DNA of 61,188 nt, the filler included, from Nemertoderma westbladi (Eukaryota > Animalia > Xenacoelomorpha): the NCBI GenBank assembly GCA_032718475.1. It is 3 parts of 3 records of this genome, joined end to end, with 100 filler letters (N's around TTAATTAATTAA, not from the genome) between each part and the next. Parts side by side here need not be neighbours in the genome. Positions count along the whole stretch, not along the records: positions 1 to 26,153 come from JAUCBJ010003230.1; 2 more parts are not named here. One strand, 5' to 3'. Below are positions 12,801-25,700 of this stretch, piece after piece. Numbering within the stretch: the stretch's first letter is position 1; each line of letters begins with the position of its first letter. Position numbers and translations under genes: made by a program. The notes beneath the pieces are model-generated. The model searched no databases, was not told the origin of the DNA, and was given only the letters and a program-made list of their open reading frames with translations.

Positions 12801-14267
12801 CTGTGTTATGTCGGACTTAGTGACTGACAACATACAGTTCACAAGCAGTCTGTAGGGGACCTCCCCAACACCAATCGGCCGCACCCCAGGCTGCTTGTCC
12901 AGGGCCACCATACGACATGCGCGGAGACCACGGATCTCCCCCCAAGGAACAATCGAGTTGGCTAGTCGACGAGCGAGGGTGGCAAAAGCCTCACGTAGGC
13001 GCGCGCTGTGGTTGTCATAGCGGGTTAGCAGAGAGTACCAGAACTCGGCATCACCCCCCACTGGTCCGGCGCTACCCCGTAGATACTGCGCCATCTTCAA
13101 GACGACCTGGGCTGTTATGTCCAGGTCTTCGAATGGGGGAATGCCGTCGTCAGGGACATCGAACACTTCTCGGGGAGGGGTGATGGGATCGGGATGCTTC
13201 AGCTCCAGAACCTGGCGCACTGTAACACCGGCTGGTTGGCCTTCCGCCTGCGAGTTTGGATCGAGGACGCCACCCTGGCTCCGGTTGGTGACGCCGCGGA
13301 GCGCAGCACGATTCTGGCGGGCCAGAATCTTCCTGTTGAAGACTCGAGCCGCGTCGTCGGTAGATCGTTTGGCGCCGCCTCGCGTCCTTCTCGATGCTGA
13401 TACAAAGTTAGTATTGCATCTTTGGGCTTCCAGAATTAGCTGTTCGAACTCCATCCTTTCCCACATCCCCAGGCGACGCAACACCGTTCTCCGTATGTCG
13501 AACCCTTTAAAAACTTCAGGGTCCCGTTGAAAGATAACTGCGGTGTAACAAAGAAAACGTTCAGATGGGTGGATGCCACGGGTGAGGAAATCGACCTCGT
13601 CCGCGAGGATGCTGGCTGCCTTCCTCCCAACGTTACCACCAGGGACGGTGTAGCGTCTGGAAGGGAGAGCTGCGAGACGCTCGTAACGGTCCGCCCAAGT
13701 TGGATCCGTGGACTCGCCGTGACTGTTTAGCCATACTCCCCCATACGCTGTCTCTATGCGTTCGGTGGGTGAGAATGGGTCTGACCCATCGGCAGAGACA
13801 CTGAGAGGGGGGGAGATAAACTCAGAACTTCTAAGGAAATCTGTTGGCTCTACCAGTAGGGCGGTAGGAGGTTCAGAAGGAACGAGGGTATCATCCAGTT
13901 GGCTCGAGCCCGAGCTGGCTGTGTGGTCGAAGTCGAGTTCAGGGATAAGGGTTTCGTCTAGGCTGGAGGGATGGTCTCTGTCGTATGTCATCCTGGAGCT
14001 GGAAGGCAGTGAGACGTTGGCGGCTGCAACGGGGCTCCTGTTTCTGCTGGTAGGCCGTGTTGGTTGTGAGAAGGAGAGTCCTCGGGGTTGCGTTTTAGCA
14101 TGATTGCTGGAGTCTGGGCGACCGAACGGGTTGCCACAACGCCGGTCGCGACCGGGAACACACCCGGTACAGCCGGTCCTCGCCTTGGCACAGGAGCACC
14201 GCACACAGCGTTGTCCCGACTCGCCTCCAGCGCTACAATTGCAGCATGATCTAATCTTGGGAGGCAT
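9865..14267 (-). CDS. CRE-type RT plus restriction-like endonuclease polyprotein (one -1 frameshift near 12155, inside the repeat insert)
   Basis: N-terminal Cys cluster CCNC..C..CSC...C..C; RT motifs ALDKQPGVRPIGVGE, LLVDAQNAFNS, TQGDP, WYADD; CCHC finger CEGC..HALSC, RHNEIRD, RADL, FDIAV, EREKKAHY. Confidence 0.9.
11421..12448 (-). repeat. Degenerate 30-bp tandem repeat (about 34 units) inside the RT domain; candidate GT-AG intron
   Basis: 10-aa period VPTVPPVPQV/VPTVVPGAVD lying between QGDP and WYADD. Confidence 0.9.
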
Positions 14268-16773
14268 TCAATTAATTAGTTTAATATTATTCCATTCCAT
14301 ATAATAAATATGATATTATATCAAGATTAGGGTGTTATATTTTTTTGTTTAATGTTCAATGAAGCTCTACGGTACAGGTATGGGCGAAAAAAAAATCACT
14401 CTGAAAGTCCACACTTACAAATTCATAGCTATTTATAAAATAAATAAAAAATCAAAATACGCGTATCAATTTAGTAATATAACCATTATTAAATAGAATA
14501 AATGGCATGCAGTGAACAATAATTCTTGCAATCTTTGAACGCCTATTTCTCAGCTGTTTCTCAACGAAATTCAGATATTGCTACATATTTGGAATCCTTG
14601 CAACGCAAGCTTTCTATTGATGTGAAAAAATTACGACTAAAGTGAAGAATGGCAATGATACAGAGGGTGCGATTTCGCAAAAGACACTTTTTTTAAAACG
14701 CTTATAAAAAAATTAAAGGGAAAATCGAAAATTCCGGCTTCATGGGGTCAACGACGGTGAGTGGAACTAGTTGTGTTTCAAGTTTTAAGCAATATGATAA
14801 AAATTTGTAGAAAAATCTGAGGGGGGGAGGGGGGTCCGTGTCATCAGAATATGACACTATATTACGATTCATGGTGTATATCTTATACCACGTATTAATT
14901 ATTTGTTAAAGTCTACGGCATTCCTGTCTTGCATGCTTGGATAATGAATAGCACCAATGTGTTGAGAATGTGTAACACACGTACAATACGTAGACCGTTC
15001 ATAGGGTGTTGTCTTGGTGTTTATAAAACACTTTAATCCATTTCATTAACTGTTATTAACTGTTATGATGTCTTTTTGTTTTGTAATTTTCACCCAGTTT
15101 TCTGCATAATATTTAGGCCTCAATTTGCCATTATATTGAAATTAATCTTCACGACAGCGAATAATCGAAGTCTATAATTTTCATTGTTATATAAGAATCC
15201 TAAATCCTCTGTCTACAATGTTTTACACTTAAATATAAATAATATCTGCCATTGTAGTAACTACGATTTCTTGTTTTTGTCATCTACGTTTGTTTTTAAT
15301 TGCGGCTAAATTTTATGATAAATTTTTAACGTAACGGTAACAGTTATTCAGGATACATTTTACCTTTACTTCGGAACAGTTAATATAATTTGATATTTTG
15401 TAACGTCTGTAGTCGCAATATTTGTTATTTATAATTTTATTATTGTTATTCATTGTTGAAATATTTGAAATAAGAAAGAATGTCCTTCAGTAGGTCAAGA
15501 TGAATGGTAAATATATATATTATCGATTAATGACGTCATAAAATATATTAATGATTAATATTAGTATATATTTACATATATATTATATTTTTCAATAAAT
15601 ATATAAACCACTCGGTCAATTTAAAAATTGTTACTATTTTATTTTCAAATTATAGGGTTTATCGTAACACTTACGTATTCATGCATTGTGTAAATTAATT
15701 GTAGTAAAATTGTTTTCTCTAATAATTTACTAATTTCTATTAATGATTAATGACGAATATTACCTCCTATTATTGTTCCAAATTCTGACCAGTTCATATA
15801 ATATTTCTACATCTTGTATTATTTAGATTGACTCAATGATTGATTAATTAATCACAGTTACAGTAATAATTCTGGTGGTATTTACACATTTTATATTTAC
15901 ACATTTTATATTTGTAATTGATTAGTTATTTTAATTATTTTATTTACCTTATCGAATGACCCCACCTATGTAGCTGAATCGTACATAATAATCAATGGAA
16001 TATTTCAATGACATCATCAAATTTAATATTTACCATAATTTATAACATTAGATAAAGTTAATGGCGCAAAATGACCGCAAACACAAACAATGTGTTTGGA
16101 GGGTTCAAATAATTAAGTTAATTTAATCTAAAACATTAAGGGAAAGGAACAGGTTACAGCGGCGGTGTTTTCTAAACTAAATAATAAAAAACTTTATTTC
16201 ACTTGCGGTAAATTTGCACCAACCACTATCTGATTAATTATTTGGTTTATTTTAAAATTAAGTTAAATTTTATTTACAGTTTTATTGCAGTTGCTTTCAT
16301 CTTGGGAAATTTTCTCAAAAAAATATTATGAAAATCTTTTGGAGAATATTATCGACTTATTATTGTTATAAAATTTACCGTGAGGAATATTTGTGGTTGA
16401 GTATCTGATGATGCCATTTTGTGCTCTACTAATAATTGTTATTAATATTAATTGTAATTACTGCATAATTAATATGCGATCATGATCTTTATCCATATCA
16501 ATAATTGTGCAATGCTTTAATGTTAAGTTAATAGTATAATAATGACTTACTTATTAATATATAGCAACAGAAGCACAGCATTGTGCTTCATAAAACAGCA
16601 CCACCTTGCGTCGTTTATCGGGTAGGAATGTCGGTTGCACAACCGCCCTGTATGCACCACATACCGTATAATATTTTATATAAATTGCGGGGGGTATTAC
16701 GGTGTTCACTGTATTAAAAAACTTTTATACTTTTCTATTAATAATGGTTAGATTAGATGTTGGTGTTAGACAA

Positions 16774-18709
16774 GTATCACCGATAACTGGAGAGTGAGAG
16801 CGACGTTGTATCACCAATAACTGGAGAGTGAGAGCGACGTTGTATCACCAATAACTGGAGAGTGAGAGCGACGTTGTATCACCGATAACTGGAGAGTGAG
16901 AGCGACGTTGTATCACCAATAACTGGAAGGTGATAGCGACGTTGTATCACCAATAACTGGAGAATGAGAGCGACGTTGTATCACCGATAACTGGAGAGTT
17001 AGAGCGACGTTGTATCACCAATAACTGGAGAGTTAGAGTGACGTTGTATTACCAATAACTGGAGAGTGAGAGCGACGTTGTATCACCAATAACTGGAAGG
17101 TGAGAGCGATGTTGTATCACCAATAACTGGAGAGTGAGAGCGACGTTGTATCACCAATAACTGGAAGGTGAGAGCGATGTTGTATCACCAATAACTGGAG
17201 AGTGAGAGCGACGTTGTATCACCAATAACTGGAGAGTGAGAGCGACGTTGTATCACCAATAACTGGAAGGTGAGAGCGATGTTGTATCACCAATAACTGG
17301 AGAGTGAGAGCGACGTTGTATCACCAATAACTGGAAGGTGAGAGCGATGTTGTATCACCAATAACTGGAGAGTGAGAGCGACGTTGTATCACCAATAACT
17401 GGAAGGTGAGAGCGATGTTGTATCACCAATAACTGGAGAGTGAGAGCGATGTTGTATCACCAATAACTGGAGAGTGAGAGCGACGTTGTATCACCAATAA
17501 CTGGAAGGTGAGAGCGATGTTGTATCACCAATAACTGGAGAGTGAGAGCGACGTTGTATCACCAATAACTGGAGAGTGAGAGTGACGTTGTATCACCGAT
17601 AACTGGAGAGTTAGAGCGACGTTGTATCACCAATAACTGGAGAGTTAGAGCGACGTTGTATTACCAATAACTGGAGAGTGAGAGCGACGTTGTATCACCA
17701 ATAACTGGAAGGTGAGAGCGATGTTGTATCACCAATAACTGGAGAGTGAGAGCGACGTTGTATCACCAATAACTGGAAGGTGAGAGCGATGTTGTATCAC
17801 CAATAACTGGAGAGTGAGAGCGACGTTGTATCACCAATAACTGGAGAGTGAGAGCGACGTTGTATCACCAATAACTGGAGAGTTAGAGCGACGTTGTATC
17901 ACCAATAACTGGAGAGTTAGAGCGACGTTGTATTACCAATAACTGGAGAGTGAGAGCGACGTTGTATCACCAATAACTGGAGAGTGAGAGCGACGTTGTA
18001 TCACCAATAACTGGAGAGTGAGAACGACGTTGTATCACCAATAACTGGAGAGTGAGAGCGACGTTTTATCACCAATAACTAGAGAGTGAGAGCGACGTTG
18101 TATCACCAATAACTGGAGAGTGAGAGCGACGTTGTATCACCAATAACTGGAGAGTGAGAGCGACGTTTTATCACCAATAACTAGAGAGTGAGAGCGACGT
18201 TGTATCACCAATAACTGGAGAGTGAGAGCGACGTTTTATCACCAATAACTGGAGAGTGAGAGCGACGTTGTATCACCAATAACTGGAGAGTGAGAACGAC
18301 GTTGTATCACCAATAACTGGAGAGTGAGAACGACGTTGTATCACCAATAACTGGAGAGTGAGAGCGACGTTTTATCACCAATAACTAGAGAGTGAGAGCG
18401 ACGTTGTATCACCAATAACTGGAGAGTGAGAGCGACGTTGTATCACCAATAACTGGAGAGTGAGAACGACGTTGTATCACCGATAACTGGAGAGTGAGAG
18501 CGACGTTGTATCACCAATAACTGGAGAGTGAGAGCGACGTTTTATCACCAATAACTGGAGAGTGAGAGCGACGTTGTATCACCAATAACTGGAGAGTGAG
18601 AACGACGTTGTATCACCAATAACTGGAGAGTGAGAGCGACGTTGTATCACCAATAACTGGAAGGTGATAGCGACGTTGTATCACCAATAACTAGAGAGTG
18701 AGAGCGACG
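16774..18709. repeat. 34-bp minisatellite (about 57 units)
   Basis: Unit gtatcaccaataactggagagtgagagcgacgtt; contiguous units with no spacers. Confidence 0.97.
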
Positions 18710-19190
18710 GATATGGGTCTATAATTTTGGGGCAGGGTGGGGTCCTCAGATTTAAACACAGGGATAACTCTGGCTATTTTAAGTGCATCTGGTACAATAC
18801 CTGTAATTAAGTAGCAGTTAATCATGTGAGTCATAATTTGAACAATACTTGGCATAGTTTAAAGAGCTATTTGTGGTAGAATACCATCGTATCCACTGCT
18901 AGATTTGATGCTAAGCTCCTTCACAATTTCCAGAATTTCCCTTGGCATTATTTGTTTAAAATCAAACATTCTCTCATCACGGATTAGGGGAGTGAGGTAG
19001 TCCACAGGAGATCCATCTTTGTGAGATATAGCTGAATCGAGATTCGGACCTACATTGGTGTAGTGGACATTGAATGCGTTGGTAATGTCTTTTGGTTGTG
19101 TATAGGAACGAGAATTATGGCGAATTAGTGAGGGTGGAGATGATTTGCCGACGTTTTTATTTATTAGGATTTTAATTGACTTCCATATTT
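18709..19190 (-). pseudogene. CR1/L2-group LINE ORF2 fragment (tether and RT start)
   Basis: Manual translation gives ..MINCYLITGIVPDALKIARVIPVFKSEDPTLPQNYRPIS, running directly into the 34-bp array. Confidence 0.8.
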
Positions 19191-19379
19191 ACTTATCTTT
19201 TTTTTTTATTTACTTATCGAGTTATCGTGGAATATCTGTCTGACAATCCGTCAAAATGTAAGACAGACAACCGACCGACGGACAGACTAGATTCCACCAA
19301 ATATTAAAACTGATATCTGAAATTAATTCAACGACCCCGAAAACCCCCGTAAATATTATTTTAGCTCGGTGGTCGTGGT

Positions 19380-19622
19380 ATGCATATGATGCATCGTGCA
19401 TCAAAGGATCTGCGTGATTCATCGCGTTTTGGCTCAGTGTATATCAACCCAGACTACACTCCGGCCGAAGCGTCAGCTCAATATGAATTACGCGTTCAAC
19501 TAAGGAAAATGCGCTTAGAGCAGCCAAACAAACGTTGGGTAATCAGGCGCAACGGAGTGGTTGAGTTAAAAGGAAATACAGACGCGGCTGAGAACCATGA
19601 TGTTGTGGAACAAGTCGATTGA
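19380..19622 (+). pseudogene. C-terminal remnant of LINE ORF1
   Basis: VYINPDYTPAE...ELRVQLRKMR...WVIRRNGVV resembles the C-terminus of CR1/L2-group ORF1; stop lies just upstream of ORF2. Confidence 0.65.
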
Positions 19623-19700
19623 CTACCATCTGCAGCAAACATCGATACAGTCATAAATGCAAGTAGTCCGCCAATAATAAGTAAACAAACTCACACCCCG

Positions 19701-22700
19701 ATGCATGAACTGCTGAGTGTTTCCGCTAGATTGCGAACTGTTAACATGCCTTCTCCGGTTAACCCGCTGGTCTCTGTGTCTTCTTCGGGTAACCGGCTGG
19801 TCTCTGTATCTGCTCCAGTTAACCCGCTGGTCTCTGTGTCTGCTCCAGTTAACCCGCTGGTCACTGTGTCTGCTCAAGTTAACCCGCTGGTTTCTGTGTC
19901 CGCTCCAGTTAACCCGCTGGTCTCTGTGTCTGCTCCAGTTAAACCGCTGGTCTCTGTGTCTGCTCCAGTTAACCCGCTGGTCTCTGTGTCTGCTCCAGTT
20001 AACCCGCTGGTCTTTGTGTCTGCTCCAGTTAACCCGCTGGTCTCTGTGTCTGCTCCATTTAACCCGCTGGTCTCTGTGTCTGCTCCAGTTAACCCGCTGG
20101 TCACTGTGTCTGCTCCAGTTAACCCGCTGGTCTCTGTGTCTGCTCCAGTTAACCCGCTGGTCTCTGTGTCTGCTCCAGTTAACCCGCTGGTCTTTGTGTC
20201 TGCTCCAGTTAACCCGCTGGTCTCTGTGTCTGCTCCAGTTAACCTGCTGGTCTCTGTGTCTGCTCCAGTTAAACCGCTGGTCACTGTGTCTGCTCCAGTT
20301 AACCCGCTGGTCTCTGTGTCTGCTCGAGTTAACCCGCTGGTCTATGTGTCTGCTCCAGTTAACCCGCTGGTCTCTGTGTCTGCTCCAGTTAACCCGCTGG
20401 TCTCTGTGTCTGCTCCAGTTAAACCGCTGGTCTTTGTGTCTGCTCCAGTTAACCCGCTGGTCTCTGTGTCTGCTCCAGTTAACCCGCTGGTCTCTGTGTC
20501 TGCTCAAGTTAACCCGCTGGTCTCTGTGTCTGCTCCAGTTAACCCGCTGGTCTTTGTGTCTGCTCAAGTTAACCCGCTGGTCTCTGTGTCTTCTTCGGGT
20601 AACCGGCTGGTCTCTGTATCTGCTCCAGTTAACCCGCAGGTCTCTGTGTCTGCTCCATTTAACCCGCTGGTCTTTGTGTCTGCTCCAGTTAACCCGCTGG
20701 TCTCTGGGTCTGCTCCAGTTAACCCGCTGGTCTTTGTGTCTGCTCCAGTTAATCCGCTGGTCACTGTGTCTGCTCCAGTTAACCCGCTGGTCTTTGTGTC
20801 TGCTCCAGTTAACCCGCTGGTCTCTGTGTCTGCTCCAGTTAACCTGCTGGTCTCTGTGTCTGCTCCAGTTAACCCGCTGGTCACTGTGTCTGCTCCAGTT
20901 AACCCGCTGGTCTCTGTGTCTGCTCCAGTTAACCCGCTGGTCTATGTGTCTGCTCCAGTTAACCCGCTGGTCTCTGTGTCTGCTCCAGTTAACCCGCTGG
21001 TCTCTGTGTCTGCTCCAGTTAAACCGCTGGTCTTTGTGTCTGCTCCAGTTAACCCGCTGGTCTCTGTGTCTGCTCCAGTTAACCCGATGGTCTCTGTGTC
21101 TGCTCCAGTTAACCCGCTGGTCACTGTGTCTGCTCCAGTTAACCCGCTGGTCTCTGTGTCTGCTCCAGTTAACCCGCTGGTCTATGTGTCTGCTCCAGTT
21201 AACCCGCTGGTCTCTGTGTCTGCTCAAGTTAACCCGCTGGTCTCTGTGTCTGCTCCAGTTAACCCGCTGGTCTTTGTGTCTGCTCAAGTTAACCCGCTGG
21301 TCTCTGTGTCTTCTTCGGGTAACCGGCTGGTCTCTGTATCTGCTCCAGTTAACCCGCAGGTCTCTGTGTCTGCTCCATTTAACCCGCTGGTCTTTGTGTC
21401 TGCTCCAGTTAACCCGCTGGTCTCTGGGTCTGCTCCAGTTAACCCGCTGGTCTTTGTGTCTGCTCCAGTTAATCCGCTGGTCACTGTGTCTGCTCCAGTT
21501 AACCCGCTGGTCTTTGTGTCTGCTCCAGTTAACCCGCTGGTCTCTGTGTCTGCTCCAGTTAACCTGCTGGTCTCTGTGTCTGCTCCAGTTAACCCGCTGG
21601 TCACTGTGTCTGCTCCAGTTAACCCGCTGGTCTCTGTGTCTGCTCCAGTTAACCCGCTGGTCTATGTGTCTGCTCCAGTTAACCCGCTGGTCTCTGTGTC
21701 TGCTCCAGTTAACCCGCTGGTCTCTGTGTCTGCTCCAGTTAAACCGCTGGTCTTTGTGTCTGCTCCAGTTAACCCGCTGGTCTCTGTGTCTGCTCCAGTT
21801 AACCCGCTGGTCTCTGTGTCTGCTCCAGTTAAACCGCTGGTCACTGTGTCTGCTCCAGTTAACCCGCTGGTCTCTGTGTCTGCTCCAGTTAAACCGCTGG
21901 TCACTGTGTCTGCTCCAGTTAACCCGCTGGTCTCTGTGTCTGCTCAAGTTAACCCGCTGGTCTCTGTGTCTGCTCCAGTTAACCCGCTGGTCTTTGTGTC
22001 TGCTCAAGTTAACCCGCTGGTCTCTGTGTCTTCTTCGGGTAACCGGCTGGTCTCTGTATCTGCTCCAGTTAACCCGCAGGTCTCTGTGTCTGCTCCATTT
22101 AACCCGCTGGTCTTTGTGTCTGCTCCAGTTAACCCGCTGGTCTCTGGGTCTGCTCCAGTTAACCCGCTGGTCTTTGTGTCTGCTCCAGTTAATCCGCTGG
22201 TCACTGTGTCTGCTCCAGTTAACCCGCTGGTCTTTGTGTCTGCTCCAGTTAACCCGCTGGTCTCTGTGTCTGCTCCAGTTAACCTGCTGGTCTCTGTGTC
22301 TGCTCCAGTTAACCCGCTGGTCACTGTGTCTGCTCCAGTTAACCCGCTGGTCTCTGTGTCTGCTCCAGTTAACCCGCTGGTCTATGTGTCTGCTCCAGTT
22401 AACCCGCTGGTCTCTGTGTCTGCTCCAGTTAACCCGCTGGTCTCTGTGTCTGCTCCAGTTAAACCGCTGGTCTTTGTGTCTGCTCCAGTTAACCCGCTGG
22501 TCTCTGTGTCTGCTCCAGTTAACCCGCTGGTCTCTGTGTCTGCTCCAGTTAAACCGCTGGTCTTTGTGTCTGCTCCAGTTAACCCGCTGGTCTCTGTGTC
22601 TGCTCCAGTTAACCCGCTGGTCTCTGTGTCTGCTCCAGTTAAACCGCTGGTCACTGTGTCTGCTCCAGTTAACCCGCTGGTCTCTGTGTCTGCTCCAGTT

Positions 22701-25700
22701 AAACCGCTGGTCACTGTGTCTGCTCCAGTTAACCCGCTGGTCTCTGTGTCTGCTCCAGTTAACCCGCTGGTCTCTGTGTCTGCTCCAGTTAACCCGCTGG
22801 TCTCTGTGTCTGCTCCAGTTAACCCGCTGGTCTCTGTGTCTGCTCCAGTTAACCCGCTGGTCTCTGTGTCTGCTCCAGTTAACCCGCTGGTCTCTGTGTC
22901 TGCTCCAGTTAACCCGCTGGTCTCTGTGTCTGCTCCAGTTAACCCGCTGGTCTCTGTGTCTGCTCCAGTTAACCCGCTGGTCTCTGTGTCTGCTCCTGTG
23001 AATACACTGGTTTCTGCAGCTGCGTCTGAAACAGTCTCAGCTACTGTGCCTCCCAGTGCACCTGTCACGAAGGACTTAATCAATATATGCGTATTAAATG
23101 CTCAATCTGTCAACAACAAGGCAGCTTTTATTAAGGACTATATGGTGGACAACAAGATTGATATTATGGCAATAACAGAATCGTGGTTAAAAGGAACTGC
23201 AGATGACAATAAGGTGGTTGGTGAAATATGTCCCAGGGGTTACACACTACGAGACGAGCCAAGAACCCGATCTAGGGGTGGAGGCGTGGCCTGCATATAT
23301 AGATTATGTCTGAAATTGAAACGCTGTCCGTGTGATCTAGTATACGCCAGCTTTGAGTACATTGAGTTCACAATGACACACAGTTACACACTTACTCGGA
23401 TCATCATCATATATCGTACATATCCCTCCCGTGAAAATGGGCTTACAGCTAATTTATTCTTTGAACAATTTGCTGACTTCATGCAACATACAATTACAAA
23501 ACCGGGAGTAATTGCTATTGTTGGGGATTTTAATTTCCATGTTGACGTTTCGTCTGATATGGACGCTATAGAATTTAATAATATCCTTAGTTGTTTTGGT
23601 CTAGTTCAGTTAGTTAACGGGCCGACCCATAGACACGGCCATACGTTGGATTTAGTAGTTACACATAATGATGAGTCTCACATGTACAAGAATGTGTATG
23701 CTCGGGACATTGGCCTGTCCGACCACTACGCAGTTCATTTCAATCTGAATCTTTCGAAGCCTGTGGTGACCACAGAATCTTTCACATATAGAAATATTAA
23801 AAATATCAAGTTAGATGATTTCACAAATGATTTGCGCAATTCTTTGTGTTGCCAGCCACAATATAGTAACAATATTGACGATGTTGTGCAACTATATAAT
23901 GATACCCTTACAACCATCATGGATATACATGCCCCGGAGAAATGTAAGACTGTACGTACAGAAATCAAGGCTGCCTGGTATAGTGAGGACATAGCTAAGG
24001 AAAAGAGGAAGCGCCGGCGGTTGGAACGGAAATACCATAAAACTAGACTTACAGTGGATTGTATTGCTTTTAGAACTCAGTGCAAAGTGGTTTCAGATGC
24101 TATTGTTTTTGCAAAGGAATCCTACTATGGGGATATAATTAGAAATAATTCAGGTAACCAAAAGATGCTATATTCTGTAATCAATAAACTATTATATCGC
24201 AAGAAGAATTGTCTACCGGAACGAGAATCTGATGAGGAGTTAGCTAACGTATTCGGAGATTATTTCGACAAAAAGATTGAAGGTATACGGAGAGATATAT
24301 TACACCCTCAACAAGGCTCTCGGCCATTGATTGGGCCCACTGTTCTGACCGAAGTAAACGCCCAATCGATTGGGCCGGTTGCTCATACGGAAACAATTCC
24401 TATACTAGTTCGTCCGACATTGGCGGGAATGGCGACACCGACGGAAACGAAATCTCACCCTATTGGACTGGGTGACCCGGCGGCTTTTAACACCCCAACG
24501 GTTACGGATCAAGGATTTAGCTCTTTCCGTGAAATTTCCACTGAGGAGACGAAGGAACTTATAAATAACTCGAAATCTAAAACGAGTCCGCGCGACCCGA
24601 TGCCGACGAGCTTGGTCAAGCTGTCCATCAATCTGCTGCTGCCTCTTATTACCTGTATTATTAATATGTCATTGTCTATGGGTACAGTTCCATCTCTGTT
24701 TAAGGAGGCAGTGTTAACACCAGTCCTTAAGAAGATAAAATTGGACCCAGAAATTCTTAAAAACTTCAGGCCGGTCTCCAACTTGCTTTACATTTCGAAA
24801 TTAATAGAAAAGGTCGTCGCAAACCAGCTGATTCAATATATGAATATTCACAACCTACATGAGCCGATGCAAAGCGCATACAGGCACCACCACGGAACAG
24901 AAACAGCACTTCTTTCAGTAAATGATTCTATTCTCCGCAGCATCGACTCAGGTTCAGCAGTGCTAGTTGTTCTCTTGGATTTATCTGCAGCGTTCGACAC
25001 GGTTGAACATGAGAAACTCTTAGAAATTCTTAAGTCTGATATAGGGATAACTGGAAATGCACTTAAATGGTTCAAATCATATTTGTCTGATCGTAAACAG
25101 CAAGTTCGTGTTGGTAGTCATTATTCTACATACAGAGACCTAAAGTATGGATTGCCACAAGGTTCTGTGCTCAGGCCGCTACTATTTACAATTTATACAC
25201 GCTCTTTATCTGCTGTAATAAAAAAGCATGGTTTATCATACCATCTGTATGCTGATGATACTCAAATATATATCAGTTTCAAATCTGTAAATATTGATTC
25301 AGCAGTTCAGGTGACTGAGGATTGCCTAAATGATATTCAGAAATGGATGTACACATATATGCTCAAGATGAACTCCGAGAAAACCGAAGTGCTGCTACTG
25401 CAGTCGCGATTTGGCACATCAGTTGACAACCCACAAATACGTATTGGTAACGACGTGGTGGGCTGCAGCACCGATGCCCGCAATATCGGCTTTACTATGG
25501 ATCATTATATGACGTTCAGTAAACAAATATCTCTAACTGTTCGCAGTGCGTTTTACCACATCCGAAATCTATCAAAAATACGGCGGTGTTTAGCAAAACA
25601 TGACCTCGAAACGCTAATCCACGCATTTATCACCAGCTCTTTAGACAATAACAATTCGTTATATTATGGATTGCCAGACAAATATATAAACAAACTACAA

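Larger units (their letters stand above)
9669..14485 (-). mobile_element. Full-length CRE-clade (RLE-type) non-LTR retrotransposon
   Basis: 18-bp TSD ttattaaatagaataaat at 9651-9668 and 14486-14503; short (ATT)n 3' tail; single RT-RLE polyprotein. Confidence 0.9.
9137..14876. mobile_element. Palindromic MITE (about 0.9 kb, about 400-bp arms, TA TSD) split by a CRE insertion
   Basis: Starts TA|CACCATGAA, ends TTCATGGTG|TA; 9137-9545 is the reverse complement of 9632-9668 plus 14504-14876. Confidence 0.9.

Noticed and set aside
9137-14876. A new retroelement class with its own ~400-bp terminal inverted repeats
   Set aside because: The 18-bp TSD and the empty MITE arm at 26421 show that the inverted repeats belong to a pre-existing MITE
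16774-18709. CRISPR-like array (34-bp repeats)
   Set aside because: Units are contiguous with no unique spacers, there are no cas genes, and the context is eukaryotic; the same applies to the other arrays
19623-23083. Long alternative-frame ORFs (794 aa, 1094 aa and others)
   Set aside because: By-products of a stop-free 30-bp unit
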